From contig CAWGMQ010000010.1 in the NCBI GenBank assembly GCA_963823665.1, positions 768,001 to 832,000 on the forward strand: a stretch of 64,000 nt of DNA, in the 5' to 3' direction. The translations under genes and the position numbers were made by a program. This DNA is from an uncultured Planctomycetota bacterium. GTDB taxonomy: Bacteria; Planctomycetota; Planctomycetia; Isosphaerales; Isosphaeraceae. The number at the start of each line of letters is the position of its first letter. Within the stretch, counting starts at the first letter, position 1. The notes beneath the pieces were generated by a model that searched no databases, was not told where the DNA came from, and saw only the letters and a list, made by a program, of their open reading frames with translations. Positions 43,607 through 55,800 of this stretch are shown one piece after another.

Positions 43607-44995
43607 ATGACGAGGATCGACACCACAGCATGGGCGGCGTTCGAGCCCACGCCCGACGACCCGTGGGACCTGCGCAAGGTGGCCCATCTGCATCGGCGCG
43701 CGGGCTTCGGCGCGACGCGCGGCGGAGCTGCGGCGCGACCTCGCCGCTGGCCCGGCCGAGAGCGTGGGACGGCTGTTCAAGCCGCCCGAGCCCTCGGACG
43801 AGGAAAAGGCCGTCTGCGAGGGGCTAAGGGTGGGTGCCGTCGGTTCGTCCGATCCGAGACGGCTGCGCGCGTACTGGCTCTATCGCATGCTTTTCGGCGG
43901 CGACCCGCTCCGCGAGCGATTGACGCTTTTCTGGCACGGACACTTCGCAACCAGCCTGACGAAGGTCGACAGTGTGACTGCTCTGTCCGCGCAGGTCGAG
44001 ACGCTCCGGCGAACACGCGCTGGGCGGCTTCGCCGGGCTGCTCGAAGCGATGATCGCCGACGCGGCCATGCTCGTCTGGCTCGACGGCGGGACCAGCCGT
44101 CGCGAACGGCCCAACGAGAACTTCGCCCGCGAATATCTCGAATTGTTCACGCTGGGGCCGGGCGCTTACACGGAGCAAGATCATCCGCGAGGCCGCCCGC
44201 GCCTTCACCGGCTGGGTGCCCGAAGGGAGATCGCGGACGCCCGGCGATGCCAACCCGAGTTTCGCATTCGACGACGAGGCTCACGACGCTGGCCCTCAAG
44301 ACGTTCCAGGGCCAGACCGGTCCGTGGAAGGCCGCCGACATCGTGCGGATCACGCTCCAACGCCCCGAAGCGGCGCGGCATCTGGCGTGCAAGCTCTACC
44401 GCGCGTTCGTGGCCGAGGAGCCGGAGCCCGCACCCGAGCTGATCGAGCCCCTGGCCGATGCTCTGCGGTCAAGCGACTATTCGATTCAGCGCGTGATGGA
44501 CATGATCTTGCGGTCGAGGCATTTCTACTCGAAAGCGTCGTATCGACATCGCATCAAGTCGCCCGTCGAGTACACGGTCGGCCTGCTGCGCGACCTGGAA
44601 ATCCCGCGGTCGAAGGTCAACCTGATGGCGGCAGCCACGGCCTGCACGAGGCAGGGCCAGGAACTCTTCGCGCCACCCAGCGTGAAAGGTTGGGAAGGCG
44701 GAAGCTCATGGATCAACAGCAGCACGATTCTCGAGCGCCTCAACTGGGCGACGGATGTTGTCTGGGGCAACGCTGAACGCGGCATCGCTGCCGTTCGACC
44801 CGATCGCCTGGCTTCACGACCACGGCGTGAAACGCGATCGAGCCGCCCAAGCGTTCGTGAGCCTGCTGCTTCAAGATGACCTCGCAGCCGAGGCGAGAGA
44901 CTCGATTCTGGCCGCCGGCCGCGACCAGAGCCCCGTCGGGATTCGCAAAGCCCTCGCAGCGCGTGCTTCATTGCCCCGAATTCCAGCTTGCCTGA
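43607..44995 (+). CDS. DUF1800 family protein (frameshifted)
   Basis: [77 protein letters not shown]. Confidence 0.9.
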
Positions 44996-45013
44996 CCGAG
45001 AGGAGGACCGATC

Positions 45014-46274
45014 GTGACAACGACCCGACGCGAACTGTTCCGACTTGGCCTGGGCGGCTCAACCCTCCTGGCGTGCGGCACGACCGTACCGACTTTTCTG
45101 GCGCGGTCGGCACTCGCCCTGGCCGACGGTCCGAAGCGCGAGGCGGGCGGGCCCATCCTCGTCGTCATTCAGCTTGATGGCGGCAACGACGGCCTCAACA
45201 CCGTCGTCCCTCACGGCGACGACATCTACCACAGAAGCCGGCCCAAGCTCGCCTTGAAGGCAAAAGACCTGAAGCCGATCGACGATCACATCGGCTTGCA
45301 CCCGTCGCTCGATGGGTTCGCGAAGCTCCGCGAAGACGGCCGGCTGGCGATCGTGCAGTCGGTCGGCTACCCCAATCCGAACCGCTCGCACTTCGAGTCG
45401 ATGGCCATCTGGCAGACGGCGCGGCTCCATCCGGGCCAGGAAGAACCGGGCTGGCTGGCCCGGGCCATCGACCTGGGTATGAAGCGGCGCCGGGCGGCGA
45501 CGCACCGGGTCTGCATATCGCTGCGGAGGCGCTGCCGCAAGCCTTGCGCGGAGGAAAGCATTTCGTTCCCTCGCTGGCAACCGCCGACCAGCTTCGCCGG
45601 CGCATGGGTGTGCCTGAGCCCGATGGGGCGCATGACCAGCGCTCGGCACTCGACCGGATCGCGAGACGAAGCGCGACGAGCGAGAACCCGTTGCTCCAGT
45701 TCGTCGCACGGAACACCGTCAGTTCCTACGCCAGCAGCGCCCGGCTCGACGCCGTATTTCGAGATCGGTGATGGGGCCGACGACGCGGATTCGTACGCCC
45801 TGGCTCGCCGGTTGCGGATGATCGCCCGGATGATCAAGGCCGGGCTGTCGACGTCGATTTACTACACTCAACTCGGCGGCTTCGATACGCACGCCGAGCA
45901 ACTCAACCAGCACTCCGCGCGGCTTAATCGAGCTAAGTCGCTCGGTCGGGTCGTTCCTGGCCGACATCGAGCGATCAGGCGATGGCGACCGCGTGATCGT
46001 GCTGATCTTTTCCGAGTTCGGCCGTCGCCTGCGCGAAAACGCCAGCGGCGGCACCGACCACGGCACGGCGGCGCCGGTGTTCTTGATCGGCCATCGCGTG
46101 CAGGGCGGCTTGCACGGACCGTACCCCGACCTCGCCGATCTCAGGGACGACGACCCCCAGCACGCGATCGACTTCCGCCGAATTTACGCGACCGCCCTCG
46201 ATCGGTGGTTGAAGCTGCCCGCCGATGGCACGCTCGGAACGCGGTTTGAGCCACTGCCTTTATTTCGCGCTTGA
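45014..46274 (+). CDS. DUF1501 family Tat-exported protein (frameshifted)
   Basis: TRRELF, LVVIQLDGGNDGLNTVVP, YPNPNRSHFES, GGFDTHA, FSEFGRR..EN..GTDHG. Confidence 0.92.
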
Positions 46275-46389
46275 CATCGTCTCCGCGCGCCGGACGAGGT
46301 CACGACCTTCGGCGTTCCGGAACATGCGTCAGTGCGGCGGGTCGTCACAGGGAATTGAGCGGCGCGATGGTTCCGAATGAACCACACCG

Positions 46390-47799
46390 TCAGTCAATGC
46401 GTCGGCCCTGGAAATGGCGCTCGGCGAAGTCGAGATACGCCGTCCAGTCGGCGGGAACCGCCATGTGCCCGCGGCTGTGGTAATGGAAGCCCAGTTCGCC
46501 CGTTGTGACAGGTACGTCGAGGGGCGGCAGCTCGATGACGCCCAGATCTTTTCCCCCGAGCAACCGGTACACGGGACCGGCCGCCACGAGGGCGAGGAAT
46601 TCGCCCTTGGGATCGCTCCACTGGTCGGTAAGGCCGCCATTGACGTAGACCGGCCGCGGGGCGCAGAGCGAGATCAACATGTGCTGATCTACGGGCAGCT
46701 CGTCCCACCGGCCCACCCACTGCTGGAGGTTGCCGGCGAACTGCCAGGGGAAGTTCTGTGCCATATCGTCGAGCGTCTCGCCCCAGTCGCGGCGGATCAA
46801 GGCTGCTCCCATCTCGCCCGAGACGACGGAAAACACCGTCGCAACGCGCTCGTCCTGCGCGGCGGCCCAGAGGACGGTCTTGCCCAGACGCGAAGCGCCG
46901 GTGATGCTGATCCGCTTGGCGTCGACGGCCGGATCGGTTTGCAGGTAGTCGATTGCGCGACTGATGCCCCACGCCCAGGCGCTGATGGTGCCCCATTCCT
47001 CCGCGGCCGGTCGCTTCTGCCCTTCCTTGAGCGTGAGGCCGATAACGCCGTCGGTCCAGCGGTCGGCGCGGTCCGGCTGGATTTCGCCGTAAGGGAGCGA
47101 AGCATAGCCCCAGCCTCGGCCGAGCACCTCCGCCACGGGATCAAAACCGCCTGCGCCGGGCCCGGCCGCCGGATTCGCGGGCGTGGCTTTCCCCGGCGTC
47201 CTGGCCGGCGGCTGTCCGGCCTTTGCGGTTCCCGGACGCGCCGCGGGGAAGCCGAAGGTGATGCTCAGGAGCAGCGGAACCGGGCCGCTCGCCCTGGCCG
47301 GGAGGTAAACGGTGAGGTTCATCCGCGGGCCGTCCGGCTTGCTTCCCATCCGGCCGGTCACGCGTCGCATGACGGCCGCGCCGCCGCGGGCACCGGCGTT
47401 TGTTTCGGCGACCGTCCAGGTCACTGCAGGCGCGTTGGCCGGTACGTGCCCATAGATCTGCTCACGGTAGGATTTCAGAATCTCCGGACGTCGTTCCTTG
47501 AGCCACTGAGCGGCGCTCGCGACGCGCGCTCCGTTCGCAAGAACCAGCGGATCGGGCAAGGTGTAGGCTCGGACTCTTTCCTCGCTGTAGTTCGACACGT
47601 GCCCGGTCGACTTCGCCAGGCGGACCGGGTTGCCGTTGGGATCGCCGCGGCCGATGAAAGGGATGTTGTCAGGATTGCCCCGCGTACCAGGAGCGGGCGG
47701 AGCGGGACCGCCGGTGCGCGTGGCTGGCGGCTGGGCGTGCCCGCTGGCGGAGGCCCACGCGACGAGCATCAAGGCGGCAGCGCAGGTTGGTGTGCGCAT
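46390..47799 (-). CDS. Exported CE15-family (glucuronoyl esterase-like) alpha/beta hydrolase
   Basis: Signal peptide; NYSEE....TLPDPL, WGTISAWAWGISRAIDYL, ITGASRLGKT, LPVDQHMLISLCAPRP, WSDPKGEF, GH. Confidence 0.88.
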   Translation of the reverse strand: MRTPTCAAALMLVAWASASGHAQPPATRTGGPAPPAPGTRGNPDNIPFIGRGDPNGNPVRLAKSTGHVSNYSEERVRAYTLPDPLVLANGARVASAAQWLKERRPEILKSYREQIYGHVPANAPAVTWTVAETNAGARGGAAVMRRVTGRMGSKPDGPRMNLTVYLPARASGPVPLLLSITFGFPAARPGTAKAGQPPARTPGKATPANPAAGPGAGGFDPVAEVLGRGWGYASLPYGEIQPDRADRWTDGVIGLTLKEGQKRPAAEEWGTISAWAWGISRAIDYLQTDPAVDAKRISITGASRLGKTVLWAAAQDERVATVFSVVSGEMGAALIRRDWGETLDDMAQNFPWQFAGNLQQWVGRWDELPVDQHMLISLCAPRPVYVNGGLTDQWSDPKGEFLALVAAGPVYRLLGGKDLGVIELPPLDVPVTTGELGFHYHSRGHMAVPADWTAYLDFAERHFQGRRID

Positions 47800-48081
47800 C
47801 GGAGCGCTCCTCGGAAGCGGCAGTCGCGGTCATTCATTTTCGCACCCGGCCAATAATACACGCGGAAGTGGCCGCCGGCTACGGTCGCGCCGTCGCGCAC
47901 CAGATGGCCCGGCGCTGCTCGAGGCGTTGGGGACAGCCGAATGGGCGCGAACTGATACGCGCCGGATTCCGAGCCGGAGCGGGAGTTGAGTCACCCGATT
48001 GGCGAACCGTGATGCCCGTGCGCTCGAGTCATGCTAGAATTGGTCGGGATGCTGACCGATGAGGAAGGAAGGAGTGCGATC

Positions 48082-48859
48082 ATGACGATAGTTCAGCGCC
48101 AAGAGCGGCAGCGAAAGCCGCACGCCCGCGAAGTTGAATACCCCAGCGGGGATGGAAAACCCATGGCGGAGACTGAGATCCACCTCGAGGCGATGATCGA
48201 CACCATCCAAACTATCGACGACTTTGTCGAGCTGCGGGCGAATGTGCATGTCGGCGGCAACCTCTTGCTCTACTACGTGGAGGGCGATCGGCGCAAGCAC
48301 ATTTCCCCCGACGTCTTCGTAGCCGTCGGCGTGCCCAAGAAACCGCCACGGGATTACTACCTCGTGTGGAAGGAGGGGAAAGCACCGGACTTCGTCGTCG
48401 AGATCACGTCGAAATCGACCAAACGGACGGATGAGACGAAGAAATTTGAGTTATATCGGGACATCCTCAAGGTGCCGGAGTTGTTTCTGTTTGACCCGAC
48501 CGAGGATTATCTGGATCCGCCGCTCCAGGGCTTCCGGCTGGTCCGGGGGCAATATATACGGATCAAGCCGATCAGTGGCAGACTGCGCAGCCGGATCTTG
48601 GGGCTGCATCTGGAGCGTGAGGGAACGAAGCTCCGTCTGTTCGATCCCGCGACGGGCAAACGATTGCTTACCCGGCTCGAGAGGAGCAAGGCGGCCGAAC
48701 GGCTTGTCGAAGAAGAACGCCGGCGCGCCGACGATGAACGCCGGCGCGCTCGAGGAACAGGAGCGTGCCACAGCCGCGGAGCTCGCGCGACAGCGCCTCG
48801 CCGATGAGAACGAGCGGCTGCGACGCGAGGTCGAGGCACTGAAACGTGGTCGGTCTTAG
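48082..48859 (+). CDS. Uma2/DUF820 restriction endonuclease-fold protein with coiled-coil tail (frameshift near 48750)
   Basis: YPSGDGKPMAET..H, SPDVFV, PDFVVEITSKST...D, VPELFLFDP. Confidence 0.9.
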
Positions 48860-48923
48860 GCGTGCGATCGATGCGTCGAGCGGGCGCCGCTTCGCGGTCA
48901 ACTCCAACTGCTTCAAGGCGAGG

Positions 48924-49031
48924 TCATGGGCATCGATCAACTCCGGCACCACGCTCGAGAATCCCGCGCCAGACGGCCGGCATGCCGGCATAGGCCGCCT
49001 GATAAGTCGGCTCGAGCGGGACGTTGATGTA
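48924..49031 (-). pseudogene. Orphan 3' end resembling a DUF4058-type protein C-terminus
   Basis: YINVPLEPTYQAAYAGMPAVWRGILE with no credible 5' part; family call is from memory of the motif. Confidence 0.5.
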
Positions 49032-49131
49032 ACGACGTCTCGTCGTGCTCGCCGTGGTGGCACTTCGGGAACTTCTCGCGAGCTGGCATCGCCTGTCGCC
49101 TTCCGCCTTCCCGGCGAATATCATTGGCGTC

Positions 49132-49686
49132 ATGAACGAGGTCACTCGCTTCTTGAATGCGGCTGCGCAAGGCGACGCAAACGCGGCGGCGCAGCTATTG
49201 CCGCTGGTTTACGACGAGCTGCGCAGGCTGGCCGCGGCCAAGATGGCCAGGGAACGGCCTGATCACACGCTCGAAGCCACCGCATTAGTGCACGAGGCCT
49301 ACCTTCGTCTCGTCGGCGATCGCGCTTACGCCGATCATCGGCACTTCTTCCGCGTCGCCGCCGAAGCGATGCGTCAAATCCTCATCGACCGAGCCCGACA
49401 TCACCGTCGAGCGCGACATGGAGGAGACAGGCAACGAGTTCCGCTTGGCGAGGCCGGGCCTGTCGTCGAGGCACAGCCGGACGAGCTGCTGGCGCTGGAC
49501 GAAGCCCTGGAACGATTCTCCGTGGTCGATCCGCTCAAGGCGGAACTGGTGAAACTCCGCTACTTTGGTGGTCTTTCGGAACAAGAAGCGGCTCTAACCC
49601 TCGGCATCTCTCGGGCCACGGCGAGCCGCTACTGGACGTTTGCGCGTGCCTGGCTGATCAACGCGATCGATGGAAAAATCGAATAG
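49132..49686 (+). CDS. ECF sigma factor, TIGR02999 (kinase-associated) type
   Basis: [71 protein letters not shown]. Confidence 0.95.
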   Translation: MNEVTRFLNAAAQGDANAAAQLLPLVYDELRRLAAAKMARERPDHTLEATALVHEAYLRLVGDRAYADHRHFFRVAAEAMRQILIDRARHHRRARHGGDRQRVPLGEAGPVVEAQPDELLALDEALERFSVVDPLKAELVKLRYFGGLSEQEAALTLGISRATASRYWTFARAWLINAIDGKIE

Positions 49687-49764
49687 TTTTCGTCCGCGAT
49701 GAGGCGCGCGAGCCGGAAAAGTCGCTTATCGGAAAGAAGCGAGTTTTGAGCGAAGGACCAAACC

Positions 49765-52700
49765 ATGCCCGAGACCGCCGATCGCACTGAATCTCTGTTC
49801 GCCGGCGCCGTGGCGCTGCTGCCCGAGGAACGTGGGGCGTATCTGGAACGCGAATGCGCCGGCGACGCAGCCCTGCACGACCGGCTGCTAGCTTTGCTCA
49901 GAGCCCATGACCGTGCCGGCCAGGTGATCGACCGGCCTGTAAACGGCGACCCGGACCAAACGGCGGGGTATTCCCGGACGAGCGAACAGCCTGGCACCAT
50001 CATCGCCGGGCGCTACAAGCTGCTCGAGGAGATTGGCCAGGGGGGCATGGGGACGGTCTGGGCGGCCGAGCAGACTGCCCCCGTTCGCCGAAAGGTTGCT
50101 CTCAAGCTCATCAAGGCCGGAATGGATTCACGTGCGGTTCTGGCTCGGTTCGAGGCCGAACGCCAGGCGCTGGCGCTCATGGACCACGCGAATATCGCCA
50201 AGGTTTTGGACGGTGGACTAACCGATTCGGGGCGGCCCTATTTCGTGATGGAATACGTCAAGGGCGTGCCGATCACCGACTATTGCGACGCCACGCGACT
50301 CAGCGTCGAGGAACGGTTGAACCTGTTCGTTCAGGTCTGCTCCGCACTGCAGCACGCTCACCAGAAAGGGATTATTCACCGTGACCTGAAGCCCTCGAAC
50401 ATCCTGGTCGCGCCTTATGACGATAAGCCGGTACCCAAGGTGATCGACTTCGGTCTGGCCAAGGCGATGCATCAATCGCTGACCGAGAAGACGCTGTACA
50501 CCGCTCATGAAACGGTGCTGGGCACACCGCTCTACATGTCGCCGGAGCAGGCCCAGCTCAATAATCTCGACGTCGATACGCGGTCGGATATCTATTCACT
50601 GGGTGTCTTGCTCTACGAACTCTTGACTGGTACGACGCCGCTGGAGCGACAGCGGTTCAAGGAGGCCGCATGGGACGAGATTCGGCGGATGATCCGTGAG
50701 GAGGAACCGCAGCGGCCGAGTATTCGCTTAAGTTCGACCGACACGCTCCCGTCGTTAGCGACATTCCGTCATACGGAGCCGGCGAAGCTCAAGAAGTTAG
50801 TCCGCGGCGAGCTCGACTGGATCGTCATGAAGGCGCTGGAGAAAGACCGGACTCGACGTTACGAGACGGCGAGCGGTCTCGCCCGTGACATCCAGCGTTA
50901 CCTGGACGACGAGGTTGTCGAAGCGCGTCCGCCGAGCACTGGCTACCGGTTTGGCAAGTTCGTGCGCCGGCATCGAGCGCAGGTGATCGGCGCGGGCTTG
51001 GTATTGCTCGTCTTGCTCGCGGGCATCGCCGGCACGACCTGGGGGTTGGTCCGGGAGGCGCGTGCCACGACACGACTCGCGGAATCACTCCTCCGGGAGC
51101 GGAAGGCGAACGTCGACCTGTCGGCTGCCAACGCCAAGGTACAGGCCCGATACAACCTGGCCGTCGATGCGATCAAGACTTTCCACACGGGGGTGAGCGA
51201 AGACTTTCTGCTCAAGGAAGAGAAGTTCAAGGGCCTGCGCAACCGACTGCTCAAGTCGGCATCGGACTTTTACGGCAAGCTCGGGGCTCTTCTGGGCAAC
51301 GAGACCGACGTCGGTTCGCGGCGGGCGCTGGCGCGATCGAACTTCGAGCTGGCCCGGCTGACCGAGCAGGTCGGGCGGAAGGAGGATGCGCTGGCGGCGC
51401 ATCGGTCGGTGCTGGCGGCGAGGGAGTCGATGGCGGCGGAGCCGGGGGCCGACATCGAGACGAAGGTCGAGGTCGGCCGGAGCTTGACCGAGGTTACCTC
51501 CTTGCTCGACTTGATGGGAAAGGCAGACGAAGCCGTGGCGGTGTACCGGCGGTTGGAGTCGCTGCTGGCGGGCCCGGCGGGTTCGGACCCAGCGGCGCGA
51601 GCGGCGCTGGCCGGCTGCTGCACGCGGTTGGCCCGGGTTCTGGAACACGCGGGACAGCCCACCGAGGCGCTGGCGGCTTGCCTGCGGGCGCGGGCCAACC
51701 TGGAGGCGCTGGCCGCCGCCCCCGGGGGGTCTAACGACGTCCGCCGCGATCTGGCCGAAACGGTCCACCAAATTGCCTGCTACTTGTGGTACACGGGCAA
51801 GCTCGCGGAGGCCGCGAACGAGTTCCGCGCGGCGCTGGCGATCGACCAGAAGCTGGCAGACGAAAACCCCGCCGTGCCGGAGTTCCGCTTCAACCGGGCG
51901 CGAAGGCACGATTTCCTCGGCAAAATCTTGTCGGACATGGGCAAGCCGGCGGACGCGGAGGTCGAACTCCGCAGGGCACTGGCGCTCTACCAGGAGCTTG
52001 TGAACGGAAACCCCGCGGTCACCGTTTTCCGCAGGAACCTGGCGGTCACCCGGCTGTGCATCGGCACTCTGCTGTTGGAGACCGGCAAGCCGGTGGAAGC
52101 GGAGGCTGAGCTCCGAATGGCGCTTCAGATCGAGCAGAAGCTGGTGGACGAAGACCCGGGCGACATCTACTTCCGCTGCGGCCTTGCGGAATGCGACACG
52201 AAACTCGGGCGGCTGCTGTTGCAGATGGGCAAGCCGGTGGAGGCGGAGGCCGAATGCCGGGCGGCGGTGGCGATCTGGCAGAAGCTGGTGGAGGACACAC
52301 CTGGCGTCGCCCTGTACCGTTGCATGCTCGCCCAGTCGGTCCAGAACCTCGGCGACGTGGGCCGTTCGTCCGGCCGGTTCGCCGAGGCCAGGGGGTATTA
52401 CGAACGGGCAATCGGCTTGGAGGAACCGCAGGTCCGGGCGGAACCGACGATCACGGTGCACCGCTATGACCTGGCCTGTTTGATTCGACGGCGCGGGCTG
52501 ACGCTCGTTGATCTTGGCGACGTCGCCGGCGCGGCCGAGGACATCCGGCGCGCGCTCAGGACTCTCGACGGGCTGCCGTTGCTGTCGGCCGGGGAGCTCT
52601 TCCAGAAGGCTTGCTGTCACGCGACACTGGCGGGCCTGGCCGGACGGCCCGGATCGGGTGTCTCGGCGGTCGACGGGGAGGAAGCGGCCGCCAAGGCGAC

Positions 52701-52854
52701 GGAGTGTCTGGGCCGGGCTACCGCCAAGGGCTACCGAAACGCCAACGAACTCCGCATCGAGTCGGCGCTCGACCCGGTCCGCAACCGCCCCGACTTCAAG
52801 AAGCTGATGGCCGAGCTGGAGAAGAAATTCCCGGGCCAACAAGAGAAGAAGTGA
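49765..52854 (+). CDS. Ser/Thr kinase - TM - TPR protein, copy 1
   Basis: [56 protein letters not shown] repeats (GKPAEAE.E.R.AL..QKL..ENP); tail LDPVRNRPDFKKLM. Confidence 0.96.
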   Translation: MPETADRTESLFAGAVALLPEERGAYLERECAGDAALHDRLLALLRAHDRAGQVIDRPVNGDPDQTAGYSRTSEQPGTIIAGRYKLLEEIGQGGMGTVWAAEQTAPVRRKVALKLIKAGMDSRAVLARFEAERQALALMDHANIAKVLDGGLTDSGRPYFVMEYVKGVPITDYCDATRLSVEERLNLFVQVCSALQHAHQKGIIHRDLKPSNILVAPYDDKPVPKVIDFGLAKAMHQSLTEKTLYTAHETVLGTPLYMSPEQAQLNNLDVDTRSDIYSLGVLLYELLTGTTPLERQRFKEAAWDEIRRMIREEEPQRPSIRLSSTDTLPSLATFRHTEPAKLKKLVRGELDWIVMKALEKDRTRRYETASGLARDIQRYLDDEVVEARPPSTGYRFGKFVRRHRAQVIGAGLVLLVLLAGIAGTTWGLVREARATTRLAESLLRERKANVDLSAANAKVQARYNLAVDAIKTFHTGVSEDFLLKEEKFKGLRNRLLKSASDFYGKLGALLGNETDVGSRRALARSNFELARLTEQVGRKEDALAAHRSVLAARESMAAEPGADIETKVEVGRSLTEVTSLLDLMGKADEAVAVYRRLESLLAGPAGSDPAARAALAGCCTRLARVLEHAGQPTEALAACLRARANLEALAAAPGGSNDVRRDLAETVHQIACYLWYTGKLAEAANEFRAALAIDQKLADENPAVPEFRFNRARRHDFLGKILSDMGKPADAEVELRRALALYQELVNGNPAVTVFRRNLAVTRLCIGTLLLETGKPVEAEAELRMALQIEQKLVDEDPGDIYFRCGLAECDTKLGRLLLQMGKPVEAEAECRAAVAIWQKLVEDTPGVALYRCMLAQSVQNLGDVGRSSGRFAEARGYYERAIGLEEPQVRAEPTITVHRYDLACLIRRRGLTLVDLGDVAGAAEDIRRALRTLDGLPLLSAGELFQKACCHATLAGLAGRPGSGVSAVDGEEAAAKATECLGRATAKGYRNANELRIESALDPVRNRPDFKKLMAELEKKFPGQQEKK

Positions 52855-52890
52855 CGTCGAGAGGTGTCAGAATCTCCGAAGGAGCAAACC

Positions 52891-55800
52891 ATGCCCGAGA
52901 CCGCCGATCGCATCGAATCGCTTTTCGCCGGCGCCGTGGCGCTGCCGCACGAGGAACGTGGGGCGTATCTGGAGCGCGAATGCTCCGGCGACCCAGCCGT
53001 GCGAGAGCGCGTAATGGCTCTGCTCAGAGCCCATGATTGTGCGGGTCACGTGATCGACCGGCCCGTAAACGGCGACCAGGGCCAAACCGCGGCGTACGCT
53101 CCGACGAGCGAACAACCCGGTACGATCATCGCCGGACGCTACAAGTTGCTCGAGGAGATCGGGCAGGGGGGCATGGGGACGGTCTGGGCGGCCGAGCAGA
53201 CTACGCCCGTTCGGCGCAAGGTTGCTCTCAAGCTGATCAAGGCGGGAATGGATTCGCGGAGCGTTCTGGCTCGGTTCGAGGCGGAACGGCAGGCGCTGGC
53301 GCTCATGGACCACCCGAATATTGCCAAGGTCCTGGACGGCGGACTGACCGAGTCGGGCCGGCCCTATTTCGTGATGGAATACGTCAAGGGTGTGCCGATC
53401 ACCGAGTATTGTGACGCCACGCGACTGAGCATCAAGGAACGGTTAAACCTCTTCACCCAGGTCTGCGCCGCGCTTCAGCACGCGCACCAGAAAGGGATTA
53501 TTCACCGGGACTTGAAGCCCTCAAACATCCTGGTCGCGCCTTATGACGACAAGGCGGTCCCCAAGGTGATCGACTTCGGGCTGGCCAAGGCGATGCATCA
53601 ATCGCTGACCGAGAAAACGTTGTACACAGCCCATGAGACAGTGCTGGGCACACCGCTTTATATGTCGCCGGAGCAGGCCCAGCTCAATAACCTCGACGCC
53701 GATACGCGCTCGGATATCTATTCACTGGGTGTCTTGCTCTACGAACTCTTGACCGGGACGACGCCGCTGGAACGACAGCGGTTCAAGGAGGCCGCTTGGG
53801 ACGAGATCCGGCGGATGATTCGGGAGGAGGAACCGCCGCGGCCGAGCATGCGATTGAGCTCGACGGATACGTTGCCTTCGCTCGCGACATTCCGTCATAC
53901 GGAGCCTGCGAAGCTCATGAAGCTGGTGCGCGGGGAGCTCGACTGGATCGTCATGAAGGCGCTCGAGAAGGACAGGGCTCGACGGTACGAAACGGCGAGC
54001 GGTCTCGTCCGCGACATTAAGCGTTACCTGGACGACGAGGTTGTCGAAGCGCGTCCGCCCAGCACCGGCTATCGGTTCAGGAAATTCGTCCGCCGACACA
54101 GGGGGCAGGTAATTGCCGCGGGATTGCTGATCGTTGTCTTGCTGGCTGGTGTGGTGGGGACGACCTTGGGATTAGTCCGGGAGGCGCGTGCCAACGCCCG
54201 ACTGGCGGCATCGCTCGCCCGCGAGCGGAAGACGAACGCCGACCTGGCCGCTGCCAACGCCAAGGTCGAGGCGCGTTACAACCTGGCCGTCGAGGCCATC
54301 AAGACGTTCCACACGGGGGTGAGCGAGGATTTTCTGCTCAAGGAAGAGAAGTTTAAAGACCTGCGCAACCGGCTTTTGAAGTCAGCCCAGGACTTTTACC
54401 AAAAGCTCGCCAAATCGGTCGGGAATGCGACCGAGCGGGAATCCCGGCGCGCGCTGGCCGCATCGAACTTTGATCTGGCCGCGCTGACCGAGAAGGTGGG
54501 ACGCAAGGACGACGCGCTCGCGGCACACAGGGCTGTACTGGCGGCACGAGAGGAGCTAGCGGACGAGTCGGAGCCTGACGCCGAGAGCAAGGCCGACGTT
54601 GGCCGGAGCCTGACAGCGGTCGCCGCCCTGCTCGACGACACCGGTAAGAAGGGCGAGGCGCTCGAGGCCTACCGCCGTGCGGAATCCGTGCTGGGCGGGC
54701 TGGCGGGCGCGGATCCCGCGGCGCAAGCCGCGCTAGCGAACTGTCGCACGAGGATGGCACACTTGCTGCTGGCAGAGGGCCGGGCGGACGAGGCCCTGGC
54801 AGCCTGCCGGCAGGCTCGGGTCGCCCAGGAAGCGCTGGCGGCGGCTCCCGGGACCTCGAACGACGCCCGCCGCGACCTCGCGGCCACGATCAACGAAATC
54901 GGCATCGTGCTGCGAGGGAGGGGCAAGTTCGCTGAGGCAGAGGCTGAGTGCCGCGGCGCCCAGGCGATTTTGCGGAAGCTGGTCGACGAGAACCCCACCG
55001 TTGCCGAGAACCGCGGCAGTCTGGCGTCCAGCTACCATCTCCTCGGCGGCCTCCTGGCACAGCTCGGCAAAACAACGAGGCGGAGGCGGAGTATCACCAG
55101 GCGTTGCGCATGTTGCAACGGCTGGCGGACGAGCACCCGGCTGTCACGCGATTTCGACGGAATCTGTCGATTGCTCATCGTTCGCTCGGCAGCTTGCTGA
55201 CCTGGGCCGGCAAGCCGGCTGAGGCCGAGATCGAGCTGCGCACGGCGCTGGCGACCGACCGGAAGCTGGCGGATGAGAACCTGGCAGTCACTGAATTCCG
55301 CGAGCGCCTCGCATCCAGTCACCAGGGACTCGGTGACTGGCTATGGATGGCCGGCAAACCGGCTGAGGCCGAGGCCGAATTCGCGCGGCTCAAGTGATCT
55401 ATCGGCAACTGGCCGACAGCAACCCCGCCGCCGTTGGGTTCCGGGGAGCCCTGGCGAACGGTCACCGCCAGCTCGGGCTCCTGGTGGAGCAGACCGGCAA
55501 GCTGCGGGAGGCCGAGGCCGAGTATCGGAGTGCGATTTCGATTTATCGCGAGCTGGCCACCGAGAACCCAACCGACACCCAATTCCGCAACCACCTGGCG
55601 GAGAGCCACGCCAGCCTCGGCAGCGCGCTTGTACTCTGTGGTCCGCCGGCAGAAGCGGAGGCCGAGCTCCGCGCGGCGATGGCGATCTATCAGAGGCTCG
55701 CGGACGATGATCCCGCCGATGCGCGAGTCCGCAGCGCCCTCGCGAAAACCCACAAGGACATCGGCTTCCTGCTCTGGGTGATGGGCAAGCCGGTGGACGC

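Noticed and set aside
46414..47856. 480-aa plus-strand ORF
   Set aside because: Antisense shadow of the CE15 esterase gene, typical of high-GC DNA; no motifs.
48082..48859. Uma2 gene as a restriction-modification system or mobile element
   Set aside because: No methyltransferase, terminal repeats or target duplication; Uma2/DUF820 genes are common stand-alone paralogs in this phylum.
51085..52842. 585-aa minus-strand ORF (also 14510-15571, 55319-56440, 37885-38928)
   Set aside because: Shadows of motif-bearing genes on the opposite strand; Arg/Pro/Ala-rich composition without recognisable domains.
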